From Eledone cirrhosa (Eukaryota), in NCBI GenBank assembly GCA_964016885.1, contig OZ024754.1, positions 992,001 to 1,056,000 on the forward strand: DNA of 64,000 bases. The letters are read 5' to 3'. Under the pieces are notes generated by a model that was given only the letters and a program-made list of their open reading frames with translations, was not told the DNA's origin and searched no databases. Positions within the stretch are counted from its first letter, which is position 1; every line of letters starts with the position of its first letter. Of this stretch, positions 12,829-25,764 are shown piece after piece. The position numbers and the translations under genes are program-made.

Positions 12829-13779
12829 ATATATATATATATATATATGTAGAAGTTATATTTAATTTGTTGGGATTGGAACAAACTTAAAAGTTTATAA
12901 CTAATATAGCGCACTCAACAGTCTACTGGAGTAAATATTCAATATATTAATAAATTGAAACTATATTTATAAAATCATAATTATTTTATTATATATATTT
13001 CAAGGGCGACAAAATTTGTTTTATAAATAGTGACATAACCATGGAAAACAACCCTGACGGTTGAAAATTCGCTGGATAGTGAAAATTTATTAAGGGTAAT
13101 TCAAAGTTATGTGTGAATATGCAAATGAATGTCCGAAAAATTGAAAAAATAACCGTTTATTTAAATTACGCTGTGGGAAGAAGAGAGAGAAAAGTAAAAT
13201 ATTTGTATATGTAGAAATAGAGTGAAGCAATAGAGAGAGAGAGAGGGCCAGTGGAGATGGCGTTGTACAAATAAATATACTTACACACAGATACACGCAC
13301 ATGCGTTGTTTTGGGATGGAAGATATGTGTTGGTGATGTTGATGATTGTTGAAGTATGGAGATGTGCCTGGTGGTGGCGGTGGTAGTGGGTGCGACAAAA
13401 TATTAACAGGATCGAATTTTACGATGGATTACAGGTTAAAAAATGACATAGGGAACACGGGGAAATCAAGGATGTGAATGAGGGATGGTGGACTTATAGC
13501 GATGTGTGTGGTGGTGGTGGTGGTAGTGGTGGCGATGGGGTGATATATTCGATATTATATTTACAGGATCGGATGTTACAATGGTTTACAAGTTAAAATC
13601 TGACAGACAGGACAGATAGAACACAATGGTACTGAGATGAGGGATGTATGGCGATGTGTCTGTTGGTGGGGGTGATGGATGCGACATGATATTTACAAAA
13701 TCTGAACTTACAAAGGGTTATATGTTATATAAGACAAATGCACTGAGATGAGTGACGGTGTGGCAAGGCAAAGGTGGTT

Positions 13780-14640
13780 ATCACTATGTTGAGTCAGGGT
13801 TAGTGTGTGGCCCTCGGCCGAATGTTTGTGCAGAGGTGTTCAACCTGGTGTGTCTACAATTTATAATTATGTCAGACCTAGAGTTTATGGCAGATTTCAA
13901 TTTAATGATCTCAGCCGCCTCGGCCAAGCATAACCTGCAGTGGTTTCTGTCGCTGGGGAGTTGAGCCACGCGTCTTTTAACTGACCATTTGATCTGGAAT
14001 TCGATGTTCTTGTCTTTGAGGTCCCAGATCAAGTCGGCCAGTCTAGTTTAGGATCGTTTGAGCCTGTGTTTAAAGGAGCTTTTGTGGTTATACCAGCGCT
14101 CCTTAAACGTAGTCGAGGTCGCACCTATATAGGAGTACTCTTTTCTGCCAGCTGTGACATCGCACCGGTAAATAATGTTTTTTAACGAGGCATTCCCCGT
14201 TCAGTGGGCATTCCACCAGCTTTTTGCAGTTGCAGTTGGGGGTTACAGGTTTGATGGCACGTTGTCGGTTGTTCGTATTCTGTGTGGAGCTGGCATGTGG
14301 GTTGTTGTGTTGTGTTGTGTGTGTGGTTTCGTTCTGGATTGTGCTAGTGGTTTGTTGTGGAGTTACCATGTGTTTGCGTATTTTTGTCCTATTAGTGTGT
14401 GCTACAGTGTCGTCTAGATTTGGTGCTGTGGAGAAAGAGAATTTGACAGTGTCTCTATTAAAGAGCTTGTGGTATTTATGTGTGGGTGGGAAGGATTGTT
14501 CCAGAGCTCTGAAGAAGGTTCCCGGTATATTGGTGGCAACGTGTATAGAGTACGAGGCGTTGTACCATGTCACGGGTCTACTTCGGGCTTTACGGTGTTT
14601 AGTGTGGTTGTTGTGGGTTGGTGGGTGTCTGGGTACGTTT
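13780..14640 (-). mobile_element. Naiad-type Penelope-like element, 3' ORF fragment (linker and GIY-YIG)
   Basis: TWYNASYS...FPPTHKYHKLFNRDTVKFSFS, CNCKKLVECPL (CxCx5C), YIGATSTTFKERWYNH, CRLCLAE, INCRH; frameshifted. Confidence 0.85.
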
Positions 14641-16474
14641 TGATGAAATTCAAATAGGTGCTAGTGAAATTAAAATGGAAGATCTGTAGTGCGAAGAGTT
14701 TATGAGAAAGTGAGTAATGGTGTGGAATGGTTGAATGTACGTTATCAGAAATGATATACCTCTTGTCACTTAAGAACTTGGAAACTGAGATATGGTAGCT
14801 GGGATGAAGAAAGAAATCTCAATTGTAACATTAAGGGAAAAAGTAATTATTAGTTTCTGTTACTTCGAAAGAAAATCGTGCGAAATGTTATTTAAGAAAA
14901 TAACATTTTTCAAAAATCTGAATGGAATCGTGGAGAGAAATACAGTAAATGAAAAACAGATAACATCTACATTACCAATGACTTTGTCACGTACTCATTG
15001 GAATATAACACCTTGCCTTTAAAACAACGACATTTTATTACAAAAAATCCAATGTTAATGCAACCTCATAATGCTAATTGAAGCAATCTGACTTTAAATG
15101 CCATATTAAATAGCTGGATTATTGAGAACACATTATGATACCTGAAAAAATATATCATTAATGAAATTAAAGCCGAAAAAATACGGATGGACTGTTGATT
15201 TTCTTTCTTTGATAACAATAACACATTTTCTAGAAATGTTTGTCATTTTACCGATAGAAGTAAATTTTACACGTAACGTTTTATGAAAAAAAACAAAACA
15301 AAACAAAAAAGCGAAACAAAAAGCGATGGAGCAAATATTTCTTGGAAATGATTGTTTTAAAAACAGAAAGGTAAATGATTGCCTATGGTGGGAATTATGG
15401 AAAGATGAACAGATAATGAATAGCAGAAATTACATCTACATTACGTCGATAAATTCTTCACTCCGTTACCTTTTCTGATATAGCACCACGCATTTTACCA
15501 AAAAAAAAAAAAAAAAAAAAAAAAAAACAACAACGATATTTTGTAGTTAAAAATACGAATATTTATATAACTTCATAAAGCCAATGACGCAAAGTGACAT
15601 TAGATGCCATACTAAATAGTTGAAAACGTCTGGGTTATCGAGGAGGTGTTATGATGAGGAATACACATGAAAAAATACATTCTGGCGACTAATGTTATTG
15701 AAAATGAAAGGTGGAAAAAATACCGGTGGAATGTTAATTTTATTTTGATGCGAGCATCAGACCAGGATGGTAATACTTTAACAGCGGCATATCAGTAAAC
15801 TTGCATAACTTCACTTCATAATTGTATGAGCATCTGATGATGTCACATGGGGACTGTCAATGATATAACCATGGCATAATCATTCAGCTGTCTTTCTATG
15901 AAGTGTTTAAATTTGATGTCTAAATTATTGGTTATGAGTTTCAGGTTTTGTTGATTGAACCCGAATTATTTGGTGGTTGGTTTGCTTGTGTTGTTCGTTG
16001 GCACATATTTAGCACCCGTGTAACACCGGGCAGTACTGCAAATTATTAATGAAATAAACTTTTCAGTAAAATCTACAACAATCTAAACAGATTTTACTGT
16101 TTATAACACAAAAATATATTACAAATATATTCAATTAATAACTAATTTGAACTTCAATGATGTGAACTTAACTTTTCTTGAAAGTAATTATTCAATAAAG
16201 CTAATAATGCCTTCTCTTCAAGACGAGTGGTTTTATTTTAATATTATTTTTTCTATGCATTTACATTTGATAAAACTTGTACAGTGCAGTATTAATTAAA
16301 AATCAACACAGCACTATTTCGTTGCTGAATCGAAACGGTCGATTGACATGATCCCAGACCTCGTTCGCTTAAGAAGTGGGGTGGAGCTCGTCAAATTGAA
16401 CCGAGGAAACAATGTTTCCATTGGTCTTTCCAATTGCTGATACTATCTACTGGTCACAAATCCCGGCAAAAAGA

Positions 16475-16577
16475 GCAACGTGAAATAAAACTCAAGGACA
16501 TAGCGCATCGCCCAGTCTGGGAATCGAAGTCACAACCTCACGATCACGAATCCAATTCTCTAACCGCTCAGCCACGT
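16475..16577 (-). mobile_element. SINE family 2 fragment
   Basis: gcaacgtgaaataaa...ggaatcgaagtcacaacctcacgatc...taaccgctcagccac. Confidence 0.6.
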
Positions 16578-16814
16578 TAAATTGATGCAGAATTGAACTT
16601 AAAAGGTAGAAAGTCTCACTAAATATTCTTGTGTATTTAGTATAATTTATTTTTAGTATCATCTATTTAAAAAAAATTTGGTCCTGATCTACAGTCATTA
16701 AAATAATCAACTTTAATATACTCTAGTAAATTCATTAAATTACTCAATATATTAAACATACTAAATACATATTATATGTCAAGTTTATTTACATTAACGA
16801 TAAATAATAAATTT

Positions 16815-16945
16815 TTTTCTGGTGTCTTTGAGGAAGTATTTTGACCAAATAGATCCCTGGAAGGAGTGTTTGTGGAGTCTACGCCCCTCCCCCACCCCAA
16901 CGACCCTCTCAGGAATAAGTGGGCGAAGAAGAAGAAGAAGAAGAC
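16815..16945 (+). mobile_element. LINE 3' remnant with (GAA)n tail
   Basis: ctggaaggagtgtttg also occurs, reversed, next to the (TTC)n run at 49120-49145. Confidence 0.45.
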
Positions 16946-18375
16946 ACCAAATATATCAAATCTCAGTTATTTTTTTAAATTAGAAACAGCAGTGGAGGAT
17001 TGTACACAATTCCTATCTTCTTCCTAATATAGTTTCCTTGTTATCTTGATGCCTTGACAGAATATTTCTCTTTGATTTTATTTTACCGCTGAAAGCTATT
17101 TAAAGGATTCTGCACAGTATTCACTTTTGATCTATCTTGGAGTATGAAACATGAAAGAATCAGACGAAGAAACCGATACACAGTCGCTCTGTTTGTTGTA
17201 ATTACTAGGCAAATCTCCTTCCAATATTACATTTTCAGCTTAAAAATAGATGAACACACCACAATTGGATTAAGTAATCTTGAATATAATGTAGCAGAAA
17301 CAAAGACGGAGGAGTAGTCCTGGCTTGAATGTCCATCTATTGGTGTAATTGTATATAATGACCTTTACACGGACTATTGAAAAATTAATTCTCACATTTT
17401 ATATTGTTTATATTGTTATACACTTTATTTTGCAAGCTGCAATGACCGATGTATTTTTACTAGAAGCAATTAATTCTTAAACCTTATGTTAGGAGTGTGT
17501 CATATCTTAATTACAATCCAATTAATTTGAATTTATAATTTAAAACCAATCAATTTATACTTGTGTCGTTATCTATTGTACATGAACAGGAGGCATCGTT
17601 TTAAAATTCATACGAAGTACTGAGTTAGAGAGAGAACAAAAAAACATTCATACATTTGTTGTTTCAATATGTTTGTCACCGGACCATTTTATGCTCTATT
17701 TTTTTACTCTAGAAATTTGTTTCAGATTACGAATCCTACGTACTGCCTAGTAATACGTCATGTTAAGACTCATGTATAGAAATCAATGTTTTTTTTTCCA
17801 ATAATTTACTTCAAATTTGTTCCTCCTTTATACAGATTAAATGTCAACTTTTCTGTTGAAGCCACATAGGCTAATCACACTTTAAAAAAAAAATATAATT
17901 CTAATGAAAAGCTATTGGACAATGAGAGATATCAGTATACTTTATCTTGATTCTGATTACTTTTGGAATATAATCAATAGCAATTTAATTCAACCGTTTC
18001 GCTCACCGTTAGATGCATACACAACGTACTCAAAATTACTCAGCAGTCTTTGTGATTTTTACTTGATTTTTACTTCATCCGCGTTATCATAAACACAATT
18101 CACCCACTCTTTCTTGAATAATACACTTTTGTGAAATAATTCTATACCGAGATTTCATAGATTTTAATCTAATATATTCTACTCTTGTAGCAAACATGTC
18201 AGATTAATATCTAAGTTGAATTTGTTATACTATAGTTGCCAAAATAGAAACTTGATATCAGAATATTCTATTCCATTTGTATGTACATTAGTTGATGCAA
18301 CCGATCATTTTGCAGATAAAATAGGGCGAAGGTTATACATATATTGTACACACATACACGCATATATATATGATA

Positions 18376-18445
<70 letters not shown>

Positions 18446-18454
18446 ATGTGTATG

Positions 18455-19760
18455 TAAAAGGTAAACAGAAATAACAACACAATCGGTACAGTATATGGAA
18501 GGGATATATTAGGTTAACGCTTGATATAGCAGGAAGAGGGTCTTAACGTTTCGGACGCTAGTCCTTCATCCATCAGAAGAAAAAATGAGAACTAAGATAG
18601 ATTGAAGGGACGGGCGGGTTGGAATAGGAAAAAATATCTTTAGATAAAAATAACAAGTCCACTCATGTTGACATCTCTTGCAAAACTGTTGGTGCTGGCG
18701 TTTTGTGTATGATTTATTTTTTAGAAAAGTGGATGATGGAGCGCGTCTACCTGAAATGGTAAATAAAAACGTTTTGTAAAAAGAGCTATACTTGTGCACG
18801 TGTGTAAGCATGTGTGAGTGTGTGTATGTGCGCGCGCGCGCGCGTGTGTGCATGTTATTATACGTCCGTAAGAGGCTAAGAAGAAATGAGTGTGTATATG
18901 TGAGTAAAAAAGTGTGTGTGCATGTAAGTACGAAGCTATGAGCAAAAGTATGTTAATGTAAGGGTGTGTATGTGTGTATACAGAGCAGTGAAGGGAAAAG
19001 TGGAGTGAGCATATATAGTCAGCATAATGGACGGGGTATTAGAGAAATTGGGGAGGTGAGTTGAGTCCAAGAGGGGAATAGGACCCAAGGCGGTGAATCA
19101 GACTTTGTTCAGTCCTGGTGCGCGAGGCTTGTGATCCATGATGTAAAAGGACACCCAGAACTGAAACGTAGGGAAGAATGACCAGGAGAACAGAAATGAC
19201 GGGCTACAGGAGTATCCAAACCGAGTCGTATGTCCCTCAAATGTTCGGCAAAACGGTCCGCCAAACGGCGTCTCGTTTATCCGATATATAAAGACCCGCA
19301 AAGGGAACGCTGAAGGGCATAGATAACGTGGGTAGATGTGCTGGTAAAAGAGTGGCGGATGCGGAAAGACCCGTTAGGGCCTGTAAGAGTGGTGAGGGTG
19401 TAAATGAAGGGACAAGTGTTGCAACGGGAACGGGAACAAGGAAGAGAGACGGGTGGAGTCGTAGGAGAGGACGAGAAGGAACTGCGGACCAGGAGGTCGC
19501 GGAGGTTGCGGGCGCGCTTAAAAGCAGTAATGGATGGGTTTGGAAAAAAGCGAGAAGTGAAGGGGGTCAGAAGAGAGGATGCGGAAAGAACGGAGGATAT
19601 GTCGCCGGAGTGGTAGAGTGATGGAGTCGTAGGTAAGAGGGAAAGGAACGTGGGTGTTGGGAGGGCAGGGGTGAAGTGAGAGGGCTATAGTACGGTCTGT
19701 TTCACTGGCGCGGGTGATAGCCGCTTGGATCTGTGGGGGGGGGGGGGGTATATCCACACT
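18455..19760 (-). mobile_element. Neptune-type Penelope-like 3' fragment (GIY-YIG, 3' UTR, pLTR)
   Basis: Minus strand near 19325 reads VIYALQRSLCGSLYIG*TRRRLADRFAEHLRDIR; hammerhead at 18541; the terminal ~80 bp recur at 31557-31636. Confidence 0.75.
18541..18580 (-). ncRNA. Minimal hammerhead with a 4-nt duplication in the core
   Basis: tctt-CTGATG(GATG)A-a-ggac(tagc)gtcc-GAAA-cg-TT-aaga; palindromic stem III aacgtt. Confidence 0.6.
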
Positions 19761-20284
19761 GGATGAAGCAGGAAGCCATGCGAAGGGAATGGGTTTCGAA
19801 ATCGTCGTCCTGACTACAGAGCCGACGAAGACGGAGGAATTGGGAATAGGGTATGGAGTGTTTGGTGTGGGTTGGATGGGAGGAGGTGAACTCGAGGTAA
19901 GATTGTGAGTTTGTTGGTTTAATGAAGATGGAAGTAGAGAGGGTGAGAGTGATTAATAGAGAGAGATATATCTAGAAAAGCGACAGAAGAATCGGAGACG
20001 GAGGCGGTGAAATTGAGAGCAGGATGGGAAGAAAACAGTCGAGCTGTTCTCGTGTTAGAGAGGTGGCGCCGATACAGTCGTCGATATAACGACCGTATAG
20101 CTCAGGAGTCGGTTCAGCGTACTGGGGGAGAAGGTATGGGCTTCGACGTAGCCAACAAACAAGTTGGCATAGTTTGTACCCATTCTCGTCCCCATCGCTA
20201 CCCCAGAGACCTGCTGATAAAATTCACCCGAAAAAGAAAATCCATTTAGGGTGTGAACAATTTCAGCCAGACAATATATATGTA

Positions 20285-20375
<91 letters not shown>

Positions 20376-20402
20376 TATTAAAATAACAGATTTTATTATT
20401 AT

Positions 20403-20483
<81 letters not shown>

Positions 20484-20490
<7 letters not shown>

Positions 20491-20701
20491 TTTGGAGATA
20501 ATTATAAAGAATTAGTATATCTACCAACATATTTATACAGAGGTATACTTATGCTAGCAAGATATAGGTTTTGTCTTAGTAACTTTTTGGTTCAATACAA
20601 AAATGTAGAACAATTATATGAAAGACGTAAAATAAGAAAATTATAATAATTAACTTACTTAAGTAAGTAAGTTAATTATTATAATTTTCTTATTTTACGT
20701 C

Positions 20702-20709
<8 letters not shown>
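20484..20709. mobile_element. Short fold-back copy of family B, inside (TA)n
   Basis: Matches the left arm at 29451 onward, then turns back at acttaagt (20660/20661). Confidence 0.8.
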
Positions 20710-20734
<25 letters not shown>

Positions 20735-20740
<6 letters not shown>

Positions 20741-21132
20741 TAGACGGGTGTGTATGATTGTGTATAGAAGATTATATTATTAAAACTTTGTCTGATTTAC
20801 TCGTTTTATTTACAATCCTTTAAAATATATAATGGTATTATAATGAAATAGTATGGTAGAATATTAAATGATAAGTGTTAATTGAACAAGTACTTTCATG
20901 CTTTCGCATATTCTGTGGTGACAGTCAAGTTTGCAATTTTCAACAGTTGAAAATTGCAAACTTGACTGTCACCACAGAATATGAATCTGAAGATTGCGAA
21001 AGCATGAAAGTACTTGTTCAATCTACACTTAACATTTAATATTCTACCATACTATTTCATTCTAATACCATTATAAATTTTAAAGGATTGTAAATAAAAC
21101 GAGTAAATCAGACAAAGTTGGAATTCCTTTTA

Positions 21133-21137
<5 letters not shown>
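20735..21137. mobile_element. Palindromic element A, copy 1 (apex 20945), between (TA)n runs
   Basis: Near-perfect inverted arms of about 160-175 bp with a 1-nt loop; near-identical copy at 28889-29302. Confidence 0.9.
20982..21020 (+). ncRNA. Minimal type-I hammerhead
   Basis: tgaat-CTGAAGA-t-tgc(gaaa)gca-t-GAAA-gtac-TT-gttca; palindromic stem III agtact. Confidence 0.75.
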
Positions 21138-21225
<88 letters not shown>

Positions 21226-21397
21226 GTGTGTATATATATATGTATGTATATATATATAGACGTTGTGGAAGCCTCAACAATGCATATGGGTAAATCTCCG
21301 GGTAACAGAATCGGGTGGTAATGAGAGAGAGATGTAAGAGGAAATGTAGAAAGAGACATAGAGAGCATAAAAGAACGTAGGAAAATTGTAAAAAATA

Positions 21398-21580
21398 ATT
21401 GTTTCTACTTTTGGCACAAGGCCAACAAATACCTAGTACATTACTGGTACTTTATTTTATCGATCCCGTAAGGATGAAAGGAAAGTCAACCTCGGCGGGA
21501 TTTGAACTCAGACCGTAAAGGGACGTAACTACGCTGGAAAGCATGGCGTCCGACTCTCTACCGATACTGCCAATCTACCG
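21398..21580 (-). mobile_element. SINE family 1
   Basis: Consensus match. Confidence 0.85.
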
Positions 21581-21929
21581 GAGATAGAGTTACCCTGGAA
21601 GCGATTTAATAGATTTCACATCCATCAACAGGGGTTTTTCTGAGGGGAAAAGATTTGTGTGCGTACGACTGAAATGCTCTATCGGGCGCGTGTGCGCGGA
21701 ATTGTTGTGGTCAGATAAAGTTCAAAGCAGTTCTTCTATACTAGATCAGTGGGGTATTGCTGGTGGGTTTGTGTGTGCGTATCATCGCTGTAAAATCCTT
21801 GCGTTCTGTCAGTGGTAGTGGGGTCAGTTGCAGGCATGGTGATAGTAGTCTGCCTGTCTGTTGTCTGTCTGTATCGGTGGGTGGTGGACACAATATACAT
21901 TTATGTACACGATATACATTTATTTACAC

Positions 21930-22365
21930 CAGCCATCTCGTCTCACTTCTCTCAGATCGATTATTGATTCGTGGTCCGAGACGTTTGATCCAGAGTGCCT
22001 CCTTGATCCTTAAAGTGCCGACGTTGCGTTCCGCCGCTAACACTGTGACAATGAGCTTTCTGTCTTTGTTTCCGCATTTGATTATGTGTTTCCGGAAAGA
22101 CGAGGCCCTAGTGTTGATGTGTTCTTTGATCCGGGCGTGTGGCTGGATGGTCCTATCGATGTCGAATTCGTTACACTTGTCACATTCGATCTTTTATACG
22201 ACGTACGTGTGTAATCAACAGTTCGTCTGACGTATCGGATAGTTGCTGAGGGAACACGCGTCATCCGATTCGTCAGGTTTCCTGGAGTAGCATCTCGGTA
22301 GGGAGGGTCTCCCACCCGACAGCCACGAACTCGACACGAAACTCATCACGTTGAAAGACTCTATC
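21930..22365 (-). mobile_element. Penelope/Poseidon-type GIY-YIG 3' fragment
   Basis: VVYKIECDKCNEFDIDRT...RIKEH...LRIKEALWIKRLGPRINNRSE. Confidence 0.7.
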
Positions 22366-22419
22366 TCTGATATCCTACATAAACACACACACGCACAACA
22401 TACAACCTTATAAATCACA

Positions 22420-23100
22420 ATTCAGTACTCTCACCAACCTGAAATCGAGGAATCTCATTTATCTCCCCTCCGACAAGGGAAAGGAATTCTGCGTCATCAA
22501 CAGAGAGGCCTACAACACCCTAGCTCTCCGACACCTTGATGGTGACAGCCTCTACTCTAAGGTCACAGAGATCACTCCCGCGCAGATCGAGGAACATATC
22601 AACAACACTTGGACCAGCATCTGCGACCGGCGAAAACTCCTGAATAGGCTTAGAAAGAACCTTCTTACAAGGAACAGTAGACTACCCGCCTTATATCACG
22701 CCGTGAAAACCCAGAAACAAGGACCCGACCTGAAAATCAGGCCTATTGTATCCAGCGTGGAAGGACCGCTTTACAAAATTTCATGGCTTTTATCCAAAGT
22801 ATTAAAACTCCTACTGAACACTCTGCCGGGACACGTCGACAGTTCCGAGGAGGTGTTAGAGCATCTACACCGAATGGATCCCGACACCCGAAGGGATAAC
22901 AGATATGCTTTCAGCCTTGATGTGGTCGCTCTGTACATCTCGGTCCCTGCGCTCCCGGCCGTCGACATACTTACAGAACGTGTCCCGTCTACCAACTGAC
23001 ACTGCTTCGGGCTCACCCCCCCACTGACATCCACCAGCTCCTATCCGTTGTCGTTGACAACACCTATTTCAATTTTCTCGACCACACATACCGGCAGACC
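22420..23100 (+). mobile_element. Penelope/Poseidon-type RT fragment
   Basis: PSDKGKEFCVI, LYHAVKTQK...IRPIVSSVEGPLYKISWLL, FSLDVVALYISVP, NTYFNFLDHTYRQT. Confidence 0.85.
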
Positions 23101-23721
23101 TCATGGATTCAAGCTTGTCAGGTTTTGGGAACCATAGCAATACCGCAATAGATCCATGGAGAACTTGAAAAATAGAAAGCTAGAGACGTAGAAAAACACA
23201 TGATTGTAAGAATGAATGTATGGTCGTCTGTATGACTTCGTGGATTCGCGATTAATTAAAGACAAGGTATTTTGATGGAAAAAATTTGTGTAATCCATCA
23301 TATGCAAACAATATAATCGTATAGTGGATATGATCGTTTTATCATCATTGAATATGCTATAGAAGATTACTTTGAGACATCCAGGCTGTAAAAGCAGCCA
23401 ATCTATATATATAACATAATATAGATGAGAAAAAGAATTTCTATTTTTCAGTCTTTTTTATATTAATAGGAAAACATTCTCTATGCTAAGAGACTTCTGC
23501 AACAATCGATTTTCTTTTGTTGTGTTTTTGTTCTCTTTCATTTACCATGATGATGAGGATCATCATCATCATTATCATCATCATCATCATCTTATATTAA
23601 ATGTGTCTACTTTCATTTAAGCTAAATTAGAACGAAATCACTTTTGAACCAAAAGGTTAAAAAGTTAATCAGTAATCAATGGATATATATTCATAGAGCC
23701 ATTCATCCATACATACCTTAG

Positions 23722-24403
23722 ACAGTCAACGCGATCAGTCGCATTTTTTGGCGTGGGAGACTATTTATTAAATTTAAGATGAATATTATCTCCGACAGTA
23801 ATGCCACAACTACAGTCAGGTTGAATAACTGGTTATTCTTCTAACTATCCCTTCTGAAGACACCTTTTATTCGAATTCGTAGAGATATCCGACTAAATAC
23901 ATAATTCATTTTATAAGGATTTGCTACAAGCAGCATGGCTGAACACAACATCAACAAAACAATTAAGCTAGTACCGAAGACAAATAACAAGGAAGGTAAT
24001 CAAACTTTATTCAGTTGTAGCTACAGAAGAAACCGAAATTATAAATCGCATTTCTCTTGGAGTTGCGAACTTAATTATTTATTTAATTGTTATAAAGTGG
24101 CAAAAAACAATCCCTCCATTGGCTATATGAATAGAATGAAGCTACACTGGGACGAAATGCACCCAGAGCTAAATTATTTCACAGCGAAACAATTACGCCA
24201 ACAAGCGACGTTTGTTGAACGTAAAAATAAGATAAATATTTTTAATTGTAAGTCCCCAACAACAAACATGTTATCAACAACACGTGCTACAGGTCGCCAT
24301 GCTACTAGACTTCCTAGCAGCCAGGTCGAACAGCGCCTTGAAAACTATGCCTGTAAGAAACTTGACACCACGTGTACCATCTAAGTCTACCTCGAATGCT
24401 GGT
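23722..24403 (+). mobile_element. Second copy of the 5' part of the R4/Dong-like family at 3547-5156
   Basis: Highly similar to the reverse complement of 4465-5148; preceded by catacatac. Confidence 0.75.
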
Positions 24404-25635
24404 AGTGTAAGTGGTAGCGAAATCCAACGCTTTGTTTAACAGGGTCTCTGAGATCGACGGGTAAAAATCAACAATGTGGAACTGTGTGAACTTCGCTTTT
24501 TTGGATTTGAAGGAGCTGAACCACTTAATTACGGAGTCGCTGTTCTCCCACTGGGACAGGTTGGACTTGGTCCTAATGGTCTTAACTATGTTTCTCCGTA
24601 TGGCCTTACTGACTCGTCCCATATCTGTGCGTGCCGGGTTTATTAGTCTACATGTGGGGTTAGAAGTAAAGTCTACCTTGTGATCTTTCAGGGTGAGGAA
24701 CGCCTACCGCTTAGCTAGAGATTGTAGCTTCTTATTTACCTTAAGGGCGGCGGCAAGTTCTTTGGCTTCTGTATTAATGTCGTGGTAGGCCATAGGGTTA
24801 GCTTTCTTATATTTGGAAGTAATAGCGTTATGGGCCAGGTCGCGGAAAGTGGTGTTGTCGACTTCGTAAATATTATTAGTTTTGTCGGAAAGAACGAAGG
24901 TGTTATTAGAAGACCTAAATTTCTTAATATCATTTCTAAGTTTAGTTTAAAAGGTGTTAGGGTGTTTGCGAAAGGAAATGTTAGCGACTAAGTCAAGAAA
25001 GTTCGCCTCGAGCAAGTTCAGTTACCTTAGGAGGGTAGGCTCACGATTCAGGTTGAAGGTGTTATTGGTGCCTGCAATTTTGGCGTCAAAAGCTAGGGCT
25101 TGCCATCTTAAGCGTCTGACGACATCTTCCGCTTTTTGTAGGAGAATATTATGGTAAACATGGTTGGAGGGATGGGAATGTTCTTCAGGGAGTAATCCAG
25201 TTCGTATAAATCCATACTGATGTTGATGAGACATAAAATTGTGTAGGTCACGAGGATATAGAGAGCGCTCTCAGGGTAGTAAGCCAAACTCGCACGTGGT
25301 GAAGAATTTGCTAAAAGCCAAACTTCTACGTAGTGAAGAGAATCTGCTGACCGTTGCTGGAGACGTATATAGTGGTAGAACACTGGAAGGTAATATCCGT
25401 AGTGGTAGAGCACTCAGTCCATGGGACGCTTTATTATTGCCTGTGTGAAGTGCCGGTTTCTGCGCATGCGCGTTCGTACGGTTGTCCTTCCTGTTCCGTA
25501 TAACCATGTCCATTACGAGCTGAGGATCCGCTAAGGTGAAACAATTGTTCTCGGTATGGTGAACTAACTGTTGTGTAACCACTTCTACCTAACTCGTCCC
25601 ATGGACTGAATGCTCTACCACTACGGATATTACCT
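24404..25635 (-). mobile_element. Naiad/Neptune-group PLE 5' half (RT N-terminus) with an inverted pLTR at 25430-25635
   Basis: YSLKNIPIP, VRRLRWQA, SDKTNNIY, LTLKDHK...TCRLINPA, FHIVDFYPSISETLL; about 40-bp inverted repeat at 25389-25429 and 25595-25634. Confidence 0.85.
25516..25553 (+). ncRNA. Minimal type-I hammerhead, core intact
   Basis: cgag-CTGAGGA-tcc(gctaa)ggt-GAAA-caattg-TT-ctcg; palindromic stem III. Confidence 0.75.
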
Positions 25636-25764
25636 ATAGAATTCCAGAAATAATCAGGAACTGATTATACAGAGCCGCTGCCGGACCAGCAAAAATTGAA
25701 AATTAGAATTGGTGATCTGAAATAGCGATATATATATATGAATGTATATATAGTGTATTTTGAA

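Noticed and set aside
13780-14640. Selenocysteine-recoding Naiad
   Set aside because: The internal stop I read near 14050 is TAA, not TGA, and the intact 57436 frame has no internal stop; I recognised no SECIS.
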